DNA of 44,469 bases from an uncultured Chloroflexia bacterium (GCA_963766735.1 CAVYBU010000032.1:1-44469); one strand, 5' to 3'. Shown: positions 10,331 to 19,384, counted from the stretch's first letter. The notes: generated by a model not told the origin, from the sequence alone. Program-made: numbers and translations.

Positions 10331-11068
10331 TCAGGCGCCACGCGCCGCGTCGGCGACGGTCGGGATGAGGAGGACGGTGCCCGCCCGCAGCCGGAGCGGG
10401 TCGTCGATCCCGTTGAGCTCCGCGATCGCCCGCCAGTAGGCAGGCTTGCCCAGCTCCTGGAATGCGACGGACTGGAGCGTGTCGCCCTCGATCATCGTGT
10501 GCACGCGGCGGCTGTTGATCGAGTGCGAGGTCGGGTTCTGGGGGACGATGTCCTTGGGCTGGCCTTCGATGGTGATATCCACCTTGGCCTGGACCGGCGT
10601 CCCATCCTTGCGGAACACCGTGTAGTTCACGACGACGCTCTTGAGATACCCGCTGAAGGTGTCGAGCTGCTTGTTGCCACCCCACTGGAACGACACCAGG
10701 GGAGGGCAGGGCGTCATCTTGCGAATGGAGTCCTCGGTCGCGTGCGTCCAGCGCAGCAGGGTCGAGATCTTCGGCGTGACGTCGCCGGCTGCCGAGGAGA
10801 AGTCGTCGAAGAACAGCTGGGTCGTCAGCGTCATCGCGTTGGTGCCGCTGAACTGTGGGGTACCACCGGGCTTGGCCGCCGTCGAGTTGCGGGTGACGTT
10901 CAGCGTCTGCGTGAGCCGGTACTCCGTGGGATTGAACATGCACTCGATCTCGGTGGCACCATCGGGCAGGTTCGGGGGATTGCAGACGAGCTTCGCCTTG
11001 TCCGGCTTGACCAGGCCCAGCGTCTCCCCGATCGCTGAGGCTGCCGATCCGACCGCGTCCATGACCAT
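10331..11068 (-). CDS. CIS tube initiator with C-terminal LysM-like domain (Afp7-like)
   Basis: CMFNPTEY...PPLVSFQWG...FRKDGTPVQAKV...QNPTS; LysM-like EGDTLQSVAFQELGKPAYWRAIAELNGIDDP. Confidence 0.88.
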   Translation of the reverse strand: MVMDAVGSAASAIGETLGLVKPDKAKLVCNPPNLPDGATEIECMFNPTEYRLTQTLNVTRNSTAAKPGGTPQFSGTNAMTLTTQLFFDDFSSAAGDVTPKISTLLRWTHATEDSIRKMTPCPPLVSFQWGGNKQLDTFSGYLKSVVVNYTVFRKDGTPVQAKVDITIEGQPKDIVPQNPTSHSINSRRVHTMIEGDTLQSVAFQELGKPAYWRAIAELNGIDDPLRLRAGTVLLIPTVADAARGA

Positions 11069-11077
11069 CGCGCGGCC

Positions 11078-11563
11078 TCAGATCGAAGCGCCGACGGGGC
11101 CGGCGACCGACACTGCGCCGGCCAGCAGGCCACCCAGCGCACCGAGCCCGATGATCTCCTGGTAGGTGATCTCGAGCGTCTCGGTCGCGACGCTGTTGCT
11201 CATCAGGTCAAGGCTCGGGCCGCTCCACTTGACCGGGACGACCCCCGCCAGGTTCCAGGTCGTGATCTCCGAGCCACCCGCGGTCATGGCCGTGATGGCC
11301 ATCGTCTGGGGCAGGACCGCGATCATGTTGCTCTGCAGCCACATCATGAGCAACGGCGAGGTCGAGTCAACGGGCCGGCTGAGGCGCAGGTTCGTGTACT
11401 TGCACGGCCCCAGGATCTTGTGCGTGTAGCCGTTGACACCACCCTCGCGATATTCGGTGACCTGGTACTCGAACCCGAGGCCCTCGATCTTGGTCCAGAT
11501 CCCGAGCGGGATGAACCCGTCGATGGTGCACTTGTACGCGATGCTGACTGCGGGATCGCCCAT
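11078..11563 (-). CDS. Second tail tube protein (T4 gp19-like, Afp5-like)
   Basis: EGLGFEYQVTEYREGGVN...KYTNLRLSR...WNL...PVKWSGP...VATETLEI. Confidence 0.9.
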   Translation of the reverse strand: MGDPAVSIAYKCTIDGFIPLGIWTKIEGLGFEYQVTEYREGGVNGYTHKILGPCKYTNLRLSRPVDSTSPLLMMWLQSNMIAVLPQTMAITAMTAGGSEITTWNLAGVVPVKWSGPSLDLMSNSVATETLEITYQEIIGLGALGGLLAGAVSVAGPVGASI

Positions 11564-11572
11564 CGGTCCTCC

Positions 11573-13585
11573 TTAGAACGCGTCGAAGGTGAGGCCCTTG
11601 GCCTCGCGCTCGTGGATCACCTCGGCGCGGAGGTGGGTTCGGAGCCGCCCGAACAGTGCCCGGGCGAGCTCGTCGAGCTCGGCGTCGGAGTGCCCCTCGG
11701 CCGGTCCTTCGGCAGCCGGCGCCGCACCCTCGACCCGCTGGACGATCGGCGTCGCGGTGATCGAGGGGACTGCGGTGCCGGAGCCGCCGCCCGACGGTGA
11801 CGTCTGCACGGTGGGGGAGGCGGCGGGTGTCGGGGCGTCGCCCATGATCCGGCTCGCGACGGGGGTCGCGGCGGCCACCCGGCCGGGCTCGGATGCCGGC
11901 GCCGCCCACCTGGCAAGCGCGAGGGGAGGGGCGGTGGTCCTGACCGGTTGGTGACCTGGGCCGTCACCGGCACCGCTGGCGGCCGGCGCCCAGGGCTGCG
12001 GGACGGTGGATGGTGCCACCATGTTCCGCTGGAGGTCGGCCGCTGCTGACGAAGCCGATCCGGCACCCGTCAAGGATGAACCCGTGCCGTCCCGGGGCGG
12101 GAACGTGATCTCGCGCGGACCCGCGGCCCCCGCCGGTTCGCCGGGGCCCGGCGCCATGGCAGCGAGCGGGCCGATCTGGACCCGGGGCGGTCGTGAGTCC
12201 ATCGGACCGCCCGGCCCGGATGGCGCGGTCACGGTCGCCGGGAGCTGGTCATCGGGCGCCCAGCGGACCGCGACCGGGAGCGAGGAATCCGTCGGCGTGG
12301 CTCCGGGTGTCGTGGTCCGCGTCGACGCGCGCTGGGCGGTCACCGTGGTATGCAGCGGGGTCGGCCGCAGCGGCCGTGGGCCCACGAGTGGGCGCGTGGC
12401 GGACCCGGCGCTCCCCGGCGCGGCCCCGGATGGGGAGACCGTGGCGTCGACCCTCGGCGGGGCCGGTTCGGTGGGCTCGTCACGGCGCAGCCCGGCGACG
12501 GGCAGGTTCGGGAGTCGTCGCGCAGCGGTCGTGTCGCCGGCGTTGCCCGCGGCTGATCCATGCGACGCGGACATGTCCGCCATCGGTGCGTGTGCGTCCG
12601 GGACGGGCAGACCGTCCGATGCCGATGACCCCGCCGGCATCTGGGGCGGCGGACGCAGTGGGAGTCGCTGGGCGACGGCGCTCGCCGGCTTGACCGGCAT
12701 TGGGGCGCCCAGGCCCGCGCGGCGCGATGCGCCGGCCGGAGCCCCGGTATCGGCGGCGCCGCCTGCGGGCGAGGCAGGCTCGGTCGCGCTCCGCCGCGGC
12801 GACGCGTGCATCGCCGCGGAAGCTGCCTGGGCAGTCGACGCCGCGGGACCCGGGCGCGAACCAGGGCCCGGGGCCTCGGCCCATCGACTGATGGCCTTCG
12901 GCACGGGCAGGCTGCCACGCGACGCGGACCCGGCCGACGCGGCGCTTCTCTGCGCGGCAGTGGCCGGCCGGGATCCGGAGGCGGCGTTTCGCGAGACCCC
13001 GCGCGCCGGCAACGGTGCGAGCGTGGGTGTCGTTCGGGTGAGCGGCTGTGGCATCGGCGTGACGGTTGCCGCCGGGGGGACCGTGGCAAGCTGCCGGACG
13101 GGTGCGCGTTCCGGCTCCAGGGTCGCCGACGCGGACGCTCCCGCCTCGGGCCCGGCGGATCCGATGAACCCGTCGTCGGCGAACGGGGATGTCTCGACGC
13201 CCCCAGCAGTCCGGTGTTGGACCGGGCGGGTCGGCAGGGGAGCGTGTGAGGTCAGGCTGGGTACGGGTCGTGCGTGGGCGACGACCAGCCCCGGCGGCGC
13301 GGACGGGCCCGCGTCGTGGCCGAGGGGCTGGAGGATCGGTGGCAGCGGTCGATAGCCCGGAACCTCGTCCAGGAACGGCCCGCTGGGCGCCACGAGCGGA
13401 GCCGACCCGACAGTGCGCTGGATCGGCGGCAGGGCAGCCCACGCGCCCTGCGGGGCAGGGACGAAGACCGGTTCGGCGCCGGCGGCCGGACGCGCGTCAG
13501 CACCGCCGTCCCCCGTTGCGGCGGAGGACGGCCCGTCGGGCGACGTCCTGCGGCCGAACGGCCACGGCAGGCGCACGGGGCTCAT
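11573..13585 (-). CDS. Low-complexity Ala/Pro-rich CIS protein with a helical C-terminus; positional tape-measure or lumen candidate
   Basis: ATGA-coupled to the upstream small ORF. N-terminal WAALPPIQRT, C-terminal ELDELARALFGRLRTHLRAEVIHEREAKG. Function inferred from position. Confidence 0.65.
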   Translation of the reverse strand: MSPVRLPWPFGRRTSPDGPSSAATGDGGADARPAAGAEPVFVPAPQGAWAALPPIQRTVGSAPLVAPSGPFLDEVPGYRPLPPILQPLGHDAGPSAPPGLVVAHARPVPSLTSHAPLPTRPVQHRTAGGVETSPFADDGFIGSAGPEAGASASATLEPERAPVRQLATVPPAATVTPMPQPLTRTTPTLAPLPARGVSRNAASGSRPATAAQRSAASAGSASRGSLPVPKAISRWAEAPGPGSRPGPAASTAQAASAAMHASPRRSATEPASPAGGAADTGAPAGASRRAGLGAPMPVKPASAVAQRLPLRPPPQMPAGSSASDGLPVPDAHAPMADMSASHGSAAGNAGDTTAARRLPNLPVAGLRRDEPTEPAPPRVDATVSPSGAAPGSAGSATRPLVGPRPLRPTPLHTTVTAQRASTRTTTPGATPTDSSLPVAVRWAPDDQLPATVTAPSGPGGPMDSRPPRVQIGPLAAMAPGPGEPAGAAGPREITFPPRDGTGSSLTGAGSASSAAADLQRNMVAPSTVPQPWAPAASGAGDGPGHQPVRTTAPPLALARWAAPASEPGRVAAATPVASRIMGDAPTPAASPTVQTSPSGGGSGTAVPSITATPIVQRVEGAAPAAEGPAEGHSDAELDELARALFGRLRTHLRAEVIHEREAKGLTFDAF

Positions 13586-13740
13586 CCCTCCTCGGACAGG
13601 CGCTTGTTGATTCGGCCGATCTCCTCCACGAAACGGAGCCTGAGCGGATGCTCAAGATCGAGGATGGTGTCCATCGGCCAGTGGAAGTGGTAGGCGACGT
13701 ACGCGACCTCCTCGAACAGCCGGTCTGTCGCGTACGTCAT
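13582..13740 (-). CDS. Small DUF6760-like CIS protein (52 aa), absent from the ORF track; possible gpT-like frameshift extension
   Basis: Translated by hand: MTYATDRLFEEVAYVAYHFHWPMDTILDLEHPLRLRFVEEIGRINKRLSEEG. ATGA overlaps at both ends. Confidence 0.85.
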   Translation of the reverse strand: MTYATDRLFEEVAYVAYHFHWPMDTILDLEHPLRLRFVEEIGRINKRLSEEG

Positions 13741-14171
13741 GATTCCCCCAGGCGCTGCTCACCCGCCATGTCGACGGTGAACCCGTGGTTGCACGAGGGG
13801 CAGGTCACCGAAGCCTGGGTGTGACCCTCCTGGTTGATGCGCCGGTACAGGTCCTGCAGGAAGGCGAGATCGGAGGCGAACAGGCCCTCGATCACGCCCG
13901 TATGCACCTGAGCCAGCGTGCCGAGCTTGGTGATCACCCGGGACAGGAGGAGCACCGTGAGGTAGGCCTCGTTCTCGCGGACCCGGGGGTCCCGCTGGGG
14001 AATGATCTCGTCGCGGGCCGTCGCGAGGCGCATGACGCCCTCGCGGTGGACCGCCCCGGTCCCGTCGACGTAGCCGCGGGGGAGCACGAACGCATACTCG
14101 GTGCGGAGGGCATCAGGCACGTTCGCGCTCCCAGGCTCGATCGGGATCTCGGGCAAGGCCGCAGCCGTCAT
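13737..14171 (-). CDS. Tail assembly chaperone-like protein
   Basis: LRTEYAFVLPRGYVD...GVMRLATARDEI...LFASDLAFLQDLYRRIN...CPSC, directly after the tube gene. Confidence 0.8.
   Translation of the reverse strand: MTAAALPEIPIEPGSANVPDALRTEYAFVLPRGYVDGTGAVHREGVMRLATARDEIIPQRDPRVRENEAYLTVLLLSRVITKLGTLAQVHTGVIEGLFASDLAFLQDLYRRINQEGHTQASVTCPSCNHGFTVDMAGEQRLGES
13743..13749 (-). other. Candidate -1 ribosomal frameshift slippery heptamer G GGG GAA
   Basis: Minus strand CTG GGG GAA TCA TGA. The -1 frame reads GGA ATC ATG ACG TAC, in frame with 13582..13740. Confidence 0.6.
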
Positions 14172-14178
14172 CAACGGC

Positions 14179-14613
14179 CTAGCCCTTGCTCAGCGTCTCG
14201 CAGGAGAGGGTGGCCTCCTCGATCTGCACCCCGCTGGTGGTTGCGCCACCCTCGGAGAGCGAGATCTTGGACACCATCGCGTTGGTGAAGTTGTAGCGCA
14301 GGACCTCCGCGCCGAGGGTGTCCATCAGGATCACCGACCCGTTGCGGCGGTCCGGCGTTCCCTGCATCACCGCGGTGTGCCACTCCCACAGCTCGGTGGC
14401 GCCGGTGAGGCCCCGCTTGAGCGTGACGGTGGGGGTCTTGGGCTTGCCCGGCAGCTTGCCGATGTAGACCTTGCCCTGTTCGGTGACGTACGGGTTGTCG
14501 ACGATCTCCACCTCGCTCGAGATCCCCGAGACGGAGCTGAAGTTCGCGACGACGCCCAGACCGTCGATGTCGAGCAGGACGTTTCCCTGGAGAAGGGGAT
14601 CAACCGTGGGCAT
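14179..14613 (-). CDS. Major tail tube protein (T4 gp19-like, Afp1-like)
   Basis: FSSVSGISSEVE...KLPGKPK...VTLKRG...LWEWH...RRNGSVIL...RYNFTNA...IEEATL. Confidence 0.92.
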   Translation of the reverse strand: MPTVDPLLQGNVLLDIDGLGVVANFSSVSGISSEVEIVDNPYVTEQGKVYIGKLPGKPKTPTVTLKRGLTGATELWEWHTAVMQGTPDRRNGSVILMDTLGAEVLRYNFTNAMVSKISLSEGGATTSGVQIEEATLSCETLSKG

Positions 14614-14652
14614 GCGAGCCTCCGTTGGATGCCGTGGTGAGGTCGGTTGTCA

Positions 14653-16164
14653 CTACTCGCTGTCCGGCGAGCCAGAGAACTGGGCGATCCGGAACACCAC
14701 GAACTCGGCCGGCTTCACGGGCGCGATGCCGATATCGACGATCAGCTGCCCCGCGTCGCGGACCTCAGGCGGGTTGTTCTCGGCGTCGCACTTGACGAAG
14801 AACGCCTGGTCGGGCGTTGCCCCAAACAGGGCGCCTTCACGCCAGACCCGGAGGAGGAACGCATTGATCGTCCGCTTCACCCGACCCCACAGCCGGATGT
14901 CATTCGGCTCGAAGACCACCCATTGGGTGCCCTCGAAGATCGACTCCTCGACGTAGTTGAAGAGCCGCCGAACGTTGAGGTAGCGCCAGGACGGGTCGCT
15001 GGAGATCGTCCGTGCGCCCCACACCCGGATACCCCGGCCGGGGAAAGCCCGGATGCAGTTGATCCCGTTCGGGTTGAGCTGGTCGTGCTCGCCCTTGGTC
15101 AGGTTGAGCGCGAGGCTGATCGCACCTCGGACGACCTCGTTGGCCGGCGCCTTGTGGACGCCGCGGGTGTCGTCGTTGCGCGCCCAGATGCCGGCCACGT
15201 GGCCGGACGGCGGGACGAACTTCGCCTGGCCCGAGAGCGGGTCGAAGACCTTGATCCACGGCCAGTAGAGCGAGGCGTACTTGCTGTCGTAGCCGGCCTT
15301 GTCGACCCGCCACTCATTGACCTGCTGGGCGTTGAGCCCTGGCGGCGCGTCGAGGATGGCGACGCGGTCGCCCATCAACTCGCAGTGCGCGATCATCGCC
15401 AGCTGGACGGCCTGAAGGCCCTCGAGATCGATGATCCCCTGCTCGTACACGGACATCAGGTCCGGCACGCTGAGCATCGTCACCTCATCGACCGCCTCGA
15501 GACCGGCGAAGCCGGTGCGATCGGCCGAGCTGCCCACGTAGTCGTCAGGCGTCACCCGAGCGGGCACGGCGGCACCGCCCCCGGCGAGCGAGACGGTTCC
15601 GGCGGCCGGGGCCTCAATGCTGCCGACCTCCTCGATCGTGATCGTCTTCGACTGGGCCTTGACGACCGTCGCGACGTTCTGCTTGCCCCTGCCCGCGGTC
15701 AGATTGTCGAATGTCTCGACGGCCTTGCCGTGCGACTTGACGACGAGCTTGAACGTGCCCTCGGCCGCGTCAGCCGCGGGCTCGACCTCGACGCTGAGGT
15801 CGTTGCCACCGGGGCCCGCTTCGAGCGCGGCGACACGGAAGGCGGGCTTGCCCTTCTCGGCTGCACTCTGCAGCTCGGCGCTGGCAGCGGGCATGACACC
15901 GTCGGCGCCGACGCGCACGACATAGCAGGCGCCGCCGCCGTTGAGGAAGTAGCCGTACACGGCGTGCGCGAGGTAGGAGCCCTCCACGAACTCCCCGAAC
16001 CCGGATGTGAACTGACTCCAGTTCGTCACCAGCGTGGGAGTGTTCGCGGGTCCGCGGGCAGCCAGCCCTACAAACGCGGCAACAGCTGTGCCGACGCCCT
16101 CGATCGGGCGGGACCCAGCCTCCACCTCCTCGACGTAGACGCCAGGCGAGAGATAGTTCGGCAT
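14653..16164 (-). CDS. Contractile tail sheath protein
   Basis: YLSPGVYVEE...AAFVG, YWPWIKV, PPSGHVAGIWARND..RGVHKAPAN, RVWGART, WRYLNVRR, VFEPN, APVKPAEFVVFRI. Confidence 0.97.
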   Translation of the reverse strand: MPNYLSPGVYVEEVEAGSRPIEGVGTAVAAFVGLAARGPANTPTLVTNWSQFTSGFGEFVEGSYLAHAVYGYFLNGGGACYVVRVGADGVMPAASAELQSAAEKGKPAFRVAALEAGPGGNDLSVEVEPAADAAEGTFKLVVKSHGKAVETFDNLTAGRGKQNVATVVKAQSKTITIEEVGSIEAPAAGTVSLAGGGAAVPARVTPDDYVGSSADRTGFAGLEAVDEVTMLSVPDLMSVYEQGIIDLEGLQAVQLAMIAHCELMGDRVAILDAPPGLNAQQVNEWRVDKAGYDSKYASLYWPWIKVFDPLSGQAKFVPPSGHVAGIWARNDDTRGVHKAPANEVVRGAISLALNLTKGEHDQLNPNGINCIRAFPGRGIRVWGARTISSDPSWRYLNVRRLFNYVEESIFEGTQWVVFEPNDIRLWGRVKRTINAFLLRVWREGALFGATPDQAFFVKCDAENNPPEVRDAGQLIVDIGIAPVKPAEFVVFRIAQFSGSPDSE

Positions 16165-16263
16165 GCGTGGCCCTTTCGCCTTGGGGATCCCGACGAACGG
16201 ACGCTCTCACCCGGATCGGTGCGGAACAAGGCCCTGACGGGCGCGCGGAAGGGACGGCCCGGC

Positions 16264-16277
16264 TGCCCCATCGGGCA
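16264..16277. promoter_or_regulatory. Palindromic operator TGCCC-N4-GGGCA in the divergent sheath/DUF4255 region
   Basis: TGCCCcatcGGGCA, with a weaker copy GGCCCtgacGGGCG at 16230-16243. Confidence 0.55.
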
Positions 16278-16348
16278 ACCATCGGTGCCCCGATGCGTGC
16301 CCCGCGGCCGACTGGCGGGCGGGCGGCGCCGGGTTGACGATCGACGCG

Positions 16349-17068
16349 ATGATCCACGATGTCGATCAGCTGCTCGAGCGGCTCGTTCGCCGCGACGCCC
16401 TGAACGGGTCGGCGGTGGACCTCGTGTTCGACGCCCCCACCAAGGACTGGGTCGCGCGACGCAGTGGCCCTGCGGTGGACCTGTACCTGTACGACATCCG
16501 TGAGGACCTCCAGCGGCGCGTGCCTGCCTGGGAGGACGTCCGCAAGCCTGGAGGCCAGGTATCCGACCGGCGTCTCCCGCCACGGCGCTTCCGCCTTGCG
16601 TACCTCGTGACGGCATGGACCCAGCGACCAGAGGACGAGCACCGCCTCCTGTCGTCGCTGCTGGGCTGCTTCCTGCGCAACCCGATGCTGAAGCCGGGCG
16701 AGCTCGGCGGATCGCTGGAGGAGACGGACCTGCCCGTCTACATCGACGTCGGCCAGCCCGAGAGCCAGGAGCGATCGCTTGCCGACATCTGGTCGGCGCT
16801 GGGCGGCGAGCTCAAGCCGTCACTCGACGTCGTGGTGACGGCGCCCATCGCCGTCAGCCTGTCGGCGCCGTTCGGTCCGTCGGTGCTCGGAGGACCGGAC
16901 ATCGGGATCTCGGCCGGCGACGGACCGAGCGAACGAGCGTCCGGTCGACTCGCCGGTGGTTCGGGCCGGCCACCGTTGGAGTCGGCGACCGAGGAGATCG
17001 TCCCGCACGCCACCGGCAAGCCCGATCCCGACGTGCAGTCCCGGGCTCGCGGCACCCGCCGGCGATGA
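16349..17068 (+). CDS. DUF4255 / Pvc16-like sheath terminator (cap) protein
   Basis: MIHDVDQLL...FDAPTKDW...VDLYLYDIRED...YLVTAW...DEHRLLS...IWSALGGELKPSLDVVVT. Confidence 0.88.
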   Translation: MIHDVDQLLERLVRRDALNGSAVDLVFDAPTKDWVARRSGPAVDLYLYDIREDLQRRVPAWEDVRKPGGQVSDRRLPPRRFRLAYLVTAWTQRPEDEHRLLSSLLGCFLRNPMLKPGELGGSLEETDLPVYIDVGQPESQERSLADIWSALGGELKPSLDVVVTAPIAVSLSAPFGPSVLGGPDIGISAGDGPSERASGRLAGGSGRPPLESATEEIVPHATGKPDPDVQSRARGTRRR

Positions 17069-19218
17069 CCGACACCGCGCCGGCCAGCGCGGCGGCGGCC
17101 CCTGGTCCGGCGACGACCCCCGGCGTCCCGCCCGCGGCACAGCTGGCCGGAGACCCATCTCTGGCGTACCTGCACGCGCGCGTGGGGCTCCTCGAGGTCC
17201 GCGTCCGGGCCGCCGTTGAGCGGCGCCGCGCTTCTGATGCCGACCCGGAGGACCGGTTCCGCGGCCTGTACATCTCCGAGGCGCAGGTCGACGCGCTGCT
17301 CGTGGGTCCTGCGGCGCCCCTCGTCCCGGCCGCGGAGGAGGAGGTCGCCACCGGCCTGCTCGCGGAGCTCGAAGCGCGGGCCGCGGAGGCCGAACAGGCC
17401 GGGGCCCGGATCCGCCTGCGCGAGCTCGAGCGCGCGTTCGGCCTGCAGCCGGTGGATCTCGAGCTGCTCCTGGTAGCGCTCGCGCCCGACCTGGACCCGC
17501 GCTTCGAGCGTCTCTACGGCTACCTCCACGACGATGTGTCGCGGCGGCGGGCCAGCGTCGGCCTGGCGCTCGAGTTGTGCGGGTCGATCGGCCGTCCCGC
17601 GGCGAACCCGGCGCGCGGGCGCCTGGGGTCACTCGCCCCGCTGCTTGCCGCGCAACTGCTCATCGTGGAGGACGTCGACCGGCCCTCGCTGACGCGCTCC
17701 CTCCGGGTGCCCGACCGCGTCGCCGCCCACCTGCTCGGTGACGATTCCCCAGACCCGGCGGTCGAGGCTCTGCTCACGACGTCGATCGCGGTGAACCTGG
17801 ACGAGGTGGACGCGGTGACACGTGGCCTGGCGGCAGGCCTGCCTCTCGTGTACCTGATCGAGCGCCCTGGCGCCTCGGGCCGCTCGCTCGGCTGGACCGC
17901 CCTGGAGCGCCTGTCGCGGCCGGCGATCGCGCTCGACCTCGCGCGCCTCGCGCCGGGCGACGATCCGGTTGCCATCGCCGCCGCGGCGTCCCGCGAGGCG
18001 CGGCTGCGTGGAGGCGGGCTGGTGGTTGGGCCCGTGGAGGCTCTCGTCGAGCGAGGCGCCGCCGCGGTCCGCGCGTTCGCCGAGCTGCCCGGACCCGTGA
18101 TCCTGGTCGGCGGCCGGGACTGGGATCCGGCCTGGTCGCGCGAACCACCGCTCGTGCTCGACGCGCCCATTCCGACCGTCGCGCAGCGCCACGAGCTATG
18201 GGCCGAGTCGCTCAACGGCGACACGCCCGAGGGGTTCGACCCCGTGGTGGCCACCATCGCATTCCGCCTCGCGCCGGAGCAGATCGAGCGAGCCGCGGTC
18301 GCGGCGCGCCGTGCAGCAGCTGCCGCCGCACGCTCGATGACCGTCGCGGACGTTGCCGCCGGCGCTCGTGCCCAGAACGCCGCCGGCCTGGAGCACCTCG
18401 CCCGGCGGATTGTGCCCTCGGTCGCCTGGGAGGACCTGGTGCTGCCGTCCGTCGTCGAGCAGCAGCTGAGGGAGCTGACGGCGCGCGCGCGTCACCGGGA
18501 CCGCGTGATCGGGCAGTGGCGGATGGGCTCCAAGGGCGCCCGAGGACTCGGGGTCACCGCGCTGTTCGTGGGCGACTCCGGGACGGGCAAGACCATGTCG
18601 GCCGAGGTCGTAGCCGGGGACCTCGGCTTCGACGTCTACGTCATCGATCTCTCGACCGTGGTCGACAAGTACATCGGTGAGACCGAGAAGAACCTGGACC
18701 GGATCTTCACCGAGGCGGATCGCGTCAACGGCGTCCTCCTGTTCGACGAGGCGGACGCGCTGTTCGGCAAGCGGTCCGAGGTCAAGGACGCCCGGGACCG
18801 CTACGCGAATGTCGAGGTCGCCTACCTCCTCCAGCGCATGGAGCGCTTCGACGGGCTGGCGGTCCTCACGACCAATCTGCGTGCCAACGTGGACGAGGCG
18901 TTCGTGCGCCGGCTCGATGCGATCGTGGACTTCCCGATGCCCGAGGAGGAGCACCGCCACCGCCTGTGGGCCCGCAACCTGACGCCGGAGCTGCCGGTCA
19001 CAGCCGACATCGACCTCGAGTTCCTCGCGCGACGGTTCAAGATCTCCGGCGGCAACATTCGCAACGTGTGCGTGACCGCGGCCTACCTCGCGGCCGCCGA
19101 GGATCGGCCCGTGGGCATGCCGGACCTGGTACGGGCCACCGAGCGCGAGTACCGCAAGCTCGGCCGGTTGACCGTGGAAGCGGAGTTCGGCGAGTACCTG
19201 GAGCTCGTCAGCAGCTGA
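17065..19218 (+). CDS. CIS AAA+ ATPase (Afp15/Pvc15-like)
   Basis: LAPDLDPRFERLYGYLHDD, Walker A GDSGTGKT, VVDKYIGETEKNL, Walker B LLFDEADALFGKR, DRYAN. ATGA overlap with the DUF4255 gene. Confidence 0.93.
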   Translation: MTDTAPASAAAAPGPATTPGVPPAAQLAGDPSLAYLHARVGLLEVRVRAAVERRRASDADPEDRFRGLYISEAQVDALLVGPAAPLVPAAEEEVATGLLAELEARAAEAEQAGARIRLRELERAFGLQPVDLELLLVALAPDLDPRFERLYGYLHDDVSRRRASVGLALELCGSIGRPAANPARGRLGSLAPLLAAQLLIVEDVDRPSLTRSLRVPDRVAAHLLGDDSPDPAVEALLTTSIAVNLDEVDAVTRGLAAGLPLVYLIERPGASGRSLGWTALERLSRPAIALDLARLAPGDDPVAIAAAASREARLRGGGLVVGPVEALVERGAAAVRAFAELPGPVILVGGRDWDPAWSREPPLVLDAPIPTVAQRHELWAESLNGDTPEGFDPVVATIAFRLAPEQIERAAVAARRAAAAAARSMTVADVAAGARAQNAAGLEHLARRIVPSVAWEDLVLPSVVEQQLRELTARARHRDRVIGQWRMGSKGARGLGVTALFVGDSGTGKTMSAEVVAGDLGFDVYVIDLSTVVDKYIGETEKNLDRIFTEADRVNGVLLFDEADALFGKRSEVKDARDRYANVEVAYLLQRMERFDGLAVLTTNLRANVDEAFVRRLDAIVDFPMPEEEHRHRLWARNLTPELPVTADIDLEFLARRFKISGGNIRNVCVTAAYLAAAEDRPVGMPDLVRATEREYRKLGRLTVEAEFGEYLELVSS

Positions 19219-19270
19219 CGAGCATCCGCCGGCCCGACGCGGGCGCGACGACGTCGCATCGCAACGGGAT

Positions 19271-19384
19271 TCAGGCGTTGTCGCCGCCCAGGCTGAACGA
19301 CACCGACACGATCGTGGCGTCTCCGCCGACGTCGAGCGGCTGGATCCCGGTGAGGAGCGACCAGGCTCGCTCCGCCTCGGCCAG
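19271..19384 (-). pseudogene. Possible gene remnant without an ATG/GTG start
   Basis: Minus frame reads LAEAERAWSLLTGIQPLDVGGDATIVSVSFSLGGDNA* with nearly all third positions G/C. In-frame stop upstream at 19463-19465. Confidence 0.35.

Noticed and set aside
3346-16164. Prophage or tailocin interpretation
   Set aside because: No capsid, portal, terminase, integrase or lysis genes recognised. DUF4255, Afp15-like ATPase and DUF4157 indicate a CIS.
14647-16503. Long antisense or alternate-frame ORFs (such as 14647..16503+, 5902..7851+, 23162..25285-, 39649..41838+)
   Set aside because: Typical high-GC shadow ORFs, low-complexity and without motifs, lying opposite well-supported genes.
16615-17064. 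N-terminal extension of the AAA+ ATPase ORF (similar extensions on baseplate J, ppc, the ArsB/NhaD transporter, M14 peptidase and vWA ORFs)
   Set aside because: These extensions overlap neighbouring real genes in other frames. Downstream starts have an RBS, a -10 element or stop/start coupling.
5321-19218. Canonical type VI secretion system
   Set aside because: Single-gene sheath and gp19-like tubes; no TssJ/L/M, TssK, TssA or ClpV recognisable.
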